NCBI GenBank assembly: GCA_963839865.1
Contig: CAWIWS010000030.1
Span: forward strand, 5,301-69,300
Length of the DNA: 64,000 nt
Origin: an uncultured Acidobacteriota bacterium
GTDB taxonomy: Bacteria > Acidobacteriota > Vicinamibacteria > Vicinamibacterales > UBA2999
Direction of reading: 5' to 3'
The notes below the pieces were generated by a model, which saw only the letters and a program-made list of their open reading frames with translations, did no database searches and had not been told where the DNA came from. Position 1 is the first letter of the stretch. Each line of letters opens with the position of its first letter. This document shows positions 62,141 to 64,000 of this stretch, one piece after another. Position numbers and translations under genes: made by a program.

Positions 62141-62844
62141 TGTGCGAGCCTCTCCATCATCTTCTGGCCGAAGAGCGCGCCCTTGCCCGCGTCCTCGTGC
62201 TTGAAGTACACGAACACGTCGGTGCAGCGGGCGGCCAGCTCCCGGGCGACGCCGGCCCATCGATCGATGTCGGCGTCCACGTAGCCCTCGTCGCGCAGCC
62301 GCAGGTACGCGTGGCCCGCGGTCGTCATGACGGGCGTCTCGCGCTTCTCGCTGTCCGCGATGCAGAGCGCCGCGTCCTTCGCGCGGAGCGCGTCGTAGAC
62401 GTCCTCGCCCAGCCACGAATCGTGGCGGAACTCGAACGCCGCCGTGACCTTGGGCGGCAGGATCGCGAGAAACTCCGAGAGCACGCCGAGGTCCTTCTTG
62501 AACGTCGGCGGCAGCTGGAACAGCAGCGCGCCCCGGCGCGGCCCCAGTTCGGCGGCGGCCGTCACAAACGCCCGAAGGGCGTCGGCCACGTCGGCCGGCC
62601 TCAGCTTCTTGTCATGGGTGATCCGGCGGGGCGCCTTCAGCGTGAACCGGAAGCCTTCGGGGACCTGCGCCGCCCACCCCGCCACGAGCTTGGGGGTCGG
62701 CATTCGGTAGAACGTGTAGTTGATCTCGACGGTCCGGAAGCGGCTGGCATAGTACGGCAGCATCTTCGCGGTCGGCAGGTCCTCGGGATAGAAACTGCCC
62801 TTCCACTCAGGATAGTTGTAGCCGCTGGTGCCAATGAGGATCAT
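62137..62844 (-). CDS. DUF72 (YecE/UPF0759) family protein (235 aa, intact)
   Basis: MILIGTSGYNYPEWKGSFYPEDLPTAKMLPYYASRFRTVEINYTFYRMP...FRFTLKAPRRITH...LLFQLPPTFKKD...AFEFRHDSW. The stop overlaps the amidase ATG (ATGA at 62137-62140). Confidence 0.85.
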   Translation of the reverse strand: MILIGTSGYNYPEWKGSFYPEDLPTAKMLPYYASRFRTVEINYTFYRMPTPKLVAGWAAQVPEGFRFTLKAPRRITHDKKLRPADVADALRAFVTAAAELGPRRGALLFQLPPTFKKDLGVLSEFLAILPPKVTAAFEFRHDSWLGEDVYDALRAKDAALCIADSEKRETPVMTTAGHAYLRLRDEGYVDADIDRWAGVARELAARCTDVFVYFKHEDAGKGALFGQKMMERLAQ

Positions 62845-62857
62845 GGAAGACGACAAG

Positions 62858-62863
62858 ACTATA
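62858..62863 (-). promoter_or_regulatory. -10-like box TATAGT (minus strand), 13 nt upstream of the DUF72 ATG
   Basis: The minus strand reads ccggtTATAGTcttgtcgtcttccATG. It lies in the 36-45 bp divergent gap shared with the SCO gene. Confidence 0.35.
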
Positions 62864-62876
62864 ACCGGTTCACAGC

Positions 62877-62882
62877 TAATAT
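62877..62882 (+). promoter_or_regulatory. -10-like box TAATAT, 7 nt before the ATG at 62890
   Basis: Sequence reads cagCTAATATgtctgggATG. Starting at 62890 gives a clean lipoprotein signal, MRRFVVLLLLVTALVAGC. Confidence 0.4.
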
Positions 62883-63753
62883 GTCTGGGATGCGCCGCTT
62901 CGTCGTGCTCCTGCTCCTCGTCACCGCGCTCGTCGCCGGCTGCCGCCGCGAGCCCGAGGCGCGGTCCTACGCGCTCACCGGCCAGATCCTCGCCGTGCGG
63001 CCAGACACACGCGAACTGCTCGTCAAGCACGAAGACATCCCGGGGTTCATGCCGGCCATGACGATGGCGTACGCGGTGAAGGATGCGGCGCTCCTCACGG
63101 GCCGCGCGCCGGGCGACCTGATCACGGCGACGCTGATGGTCAGCCCGGAGACGGCCTGGCTCTCCACGATCACGAAGACCGGTTCGGCACCGCTCCCCGA
63201 AGATGCGCCCTCGAAGATCCCGGCGGCGGCGGGCGTGCACCTCCTGCAGCCCGGCGATGCCGCGCCCGTCACGTCCCTGCTCGATCAGGACCTGGCCCAG
63301 GTGTCGCTCGAGAGCTGGCATGGGTCGGCCGTGGCCGTCACGTTCATCTACACGCGGTGCCCGCTGCCGCAGTTTTGTCCGCTGCTCGATCGCCGGTTCG
63401 CGGAGGCGCAGGCCCTCATCGCCGCCGATCCCGCGCTCCGCGGCCGCGTGCGCCTGCTCTCGGTGAGCTTCGATCCGGCGGCGGATCAGCCGCCGCAGCT
63501 CAGGGCGCACGCGAAGAAGCTCGGCGCCGATCCGGCCGTCTGGCGCTTCGCCACTGCACCCGAGGACGTCGTCGATCGGTTTGCCGCGGAGTTCGGCGTC
63601 AACGTGATCCGCGAGAAGGACGGCACCATCACGCACAACCTGCGGACCGCCGTCATCGACACCAGGGGCCGCGTGGCCTCGATTCTCGACAACAACACCT
63701 GGACCGCCGCCGAGCTGGTCGCCGACCTCAAGCGCGCCGCGGCGGGCCGGTGA
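62881..63753 (+). CDS. SCO1/SenC-family copper chaperone lipoprotein with an N-terminal CusF-like Met-rich copper-binding domain (more likely start at 62890)
   Basis: Lipobox LLVTALVAGC. Then LTGQILAVRPDTRELLVKHEDIPGFMPAMTMAY. The thioredoxin-fold part reads HGSAVAVTFIYTRCPLPQFCPLL (CxxxC)...RLLSVSFDPAADQPPQL...THNLRTAVIDTRGRV. The ORF is intact. Confidence 0.85.
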   Translation: MSGMRRFVVLLLLVTALVAGCRREPEARSYALTGQILAVRPDTRELLVKHEDIPGFMPAMTMAYAVKDAALLTGRAPGDLITATLMVSPETAWLSTITKTGSAPLPEDAPSKIPAAAGVHLLQPGDAAPVTSLLDQDLAQVSLESWHGSAVAVTFIYTRCPLPQFCPLLDRRFAEAQALIAADPALRGRVRLLSVSFDPAADQPPQLRAHAKKLGADPAVWRFATAPEDVVDRFAAEFGVNVIREKDGTITHNLRTAVIDTRGRVASILDNNTWTAAELVADLKRAAAGR

Positions 63754-64000
63754 TCACGCCTATCGTGCCGGCCGATCCGATTCCGCCGTTCACGCGCCAG
63801 GAGCGCGCGCTGATCGCGCGCCTCTCCACGCCGGCCAGGGTCCAGCGCTGGTTGAACGCGCTGCCGTACAACACGGAGAAGGGCGGCGAAACGCTGCGGA
63901 CGTTTCGTCCGGTCGCGCGGCTCGGCACCGCGCACTGCCTCGAGGCGGCGCTGTTCGCCGCCGTGGTGCTCGAGCAGCACGGCTACCCGCCCGCTCGTGA
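63749..64000 (+). CDS. conserved hypothetical protein, N-terminal fragment that runs off the window end
   Basis: Its GTG overlaps the SCO stop (GTGA). VITPIVPADPIPPFTRQERALIARLSTPARVQRWLNALPYNTEKGGETLRTFRPVARLGTAHCLEAALFAAVVLEQHGYPP. GC3-biased codons. I recognise no family. Confidence 0.5.
   Translation, partial: GDHAYRAGRSDSAVHAPGARADRAPLHAGQGPALVERAAVQHGEGRRNAADVSSGRAARHRALPRGGAVRRRGARAARLPARS

Noticed and set aside
62140-63753. 537-aa plus-strand ORF
   Set aside because: The first roughly 245 codons are antisense to the clearly recognisable DUF72 gene. Only the part from 62881/62890 (the SCO-family lipoprotein) is real.

Overview
High-GC (roughly 68-70%) bacterial chromosomal segment. 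Gene content looks like Acidobacteriota: an ADOP-type duplicated FtsX permease, a CarboxypepD_reg/TonB-dependent-receptor-like giant OMP, Ser/Thr kinases fused to periplasmic TPR arrays, and a KGG stress protein. I count about 58 tightly packed protein-coding genes. I saw no rRNA, tRNA, CRISPR array, transposase, integrase or obvious prophage or defence island. Housekeeping genes include guaB, ispG, pyc, serB, ggt and ndh, plus purine (NCS2) and peptide (POT) transporters, MacB/FtsX-type permeases with a MacA-like adaptor, a molybdopterin oxidoreductase, a GT2 polysaccharide-synthase module and an ECF sigma/anti-sigma module. More than half of the genes can only be read after one or more frame corrections, so the listed spans are my reconstructions, not single ORFs; essential genes are affected and the junctions I resolved fit single extra bases, so I read this as assembly indel error rather than decay. 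Most notable observations: (1) a B12-binding-domain radical SAM gene whose C-terminus reads WYC-TGA-AEP (the selenocysteine CUAEP tail) with a SECIS-like hairpin, translationally coupled to an ATP-grasp ligase and preceded by a POT transporter; (2) a tandem duplication of a two-gene module (Ser/Thr kinase-TPR plus a small uncharacterised cytoplasmic protein); (3) an RRM RNA-binding protein paired with a SLOG/LOG-like Rossmann protein; (4) a family of intergenic hairpins and tandem 7-9 nt repeats, including a perfect 26-bp inverted repeat; (5) recurrent GCTAnAAT -10 boxes 5-8 nt upstream of start codons, suggesting leaderless transcripts.
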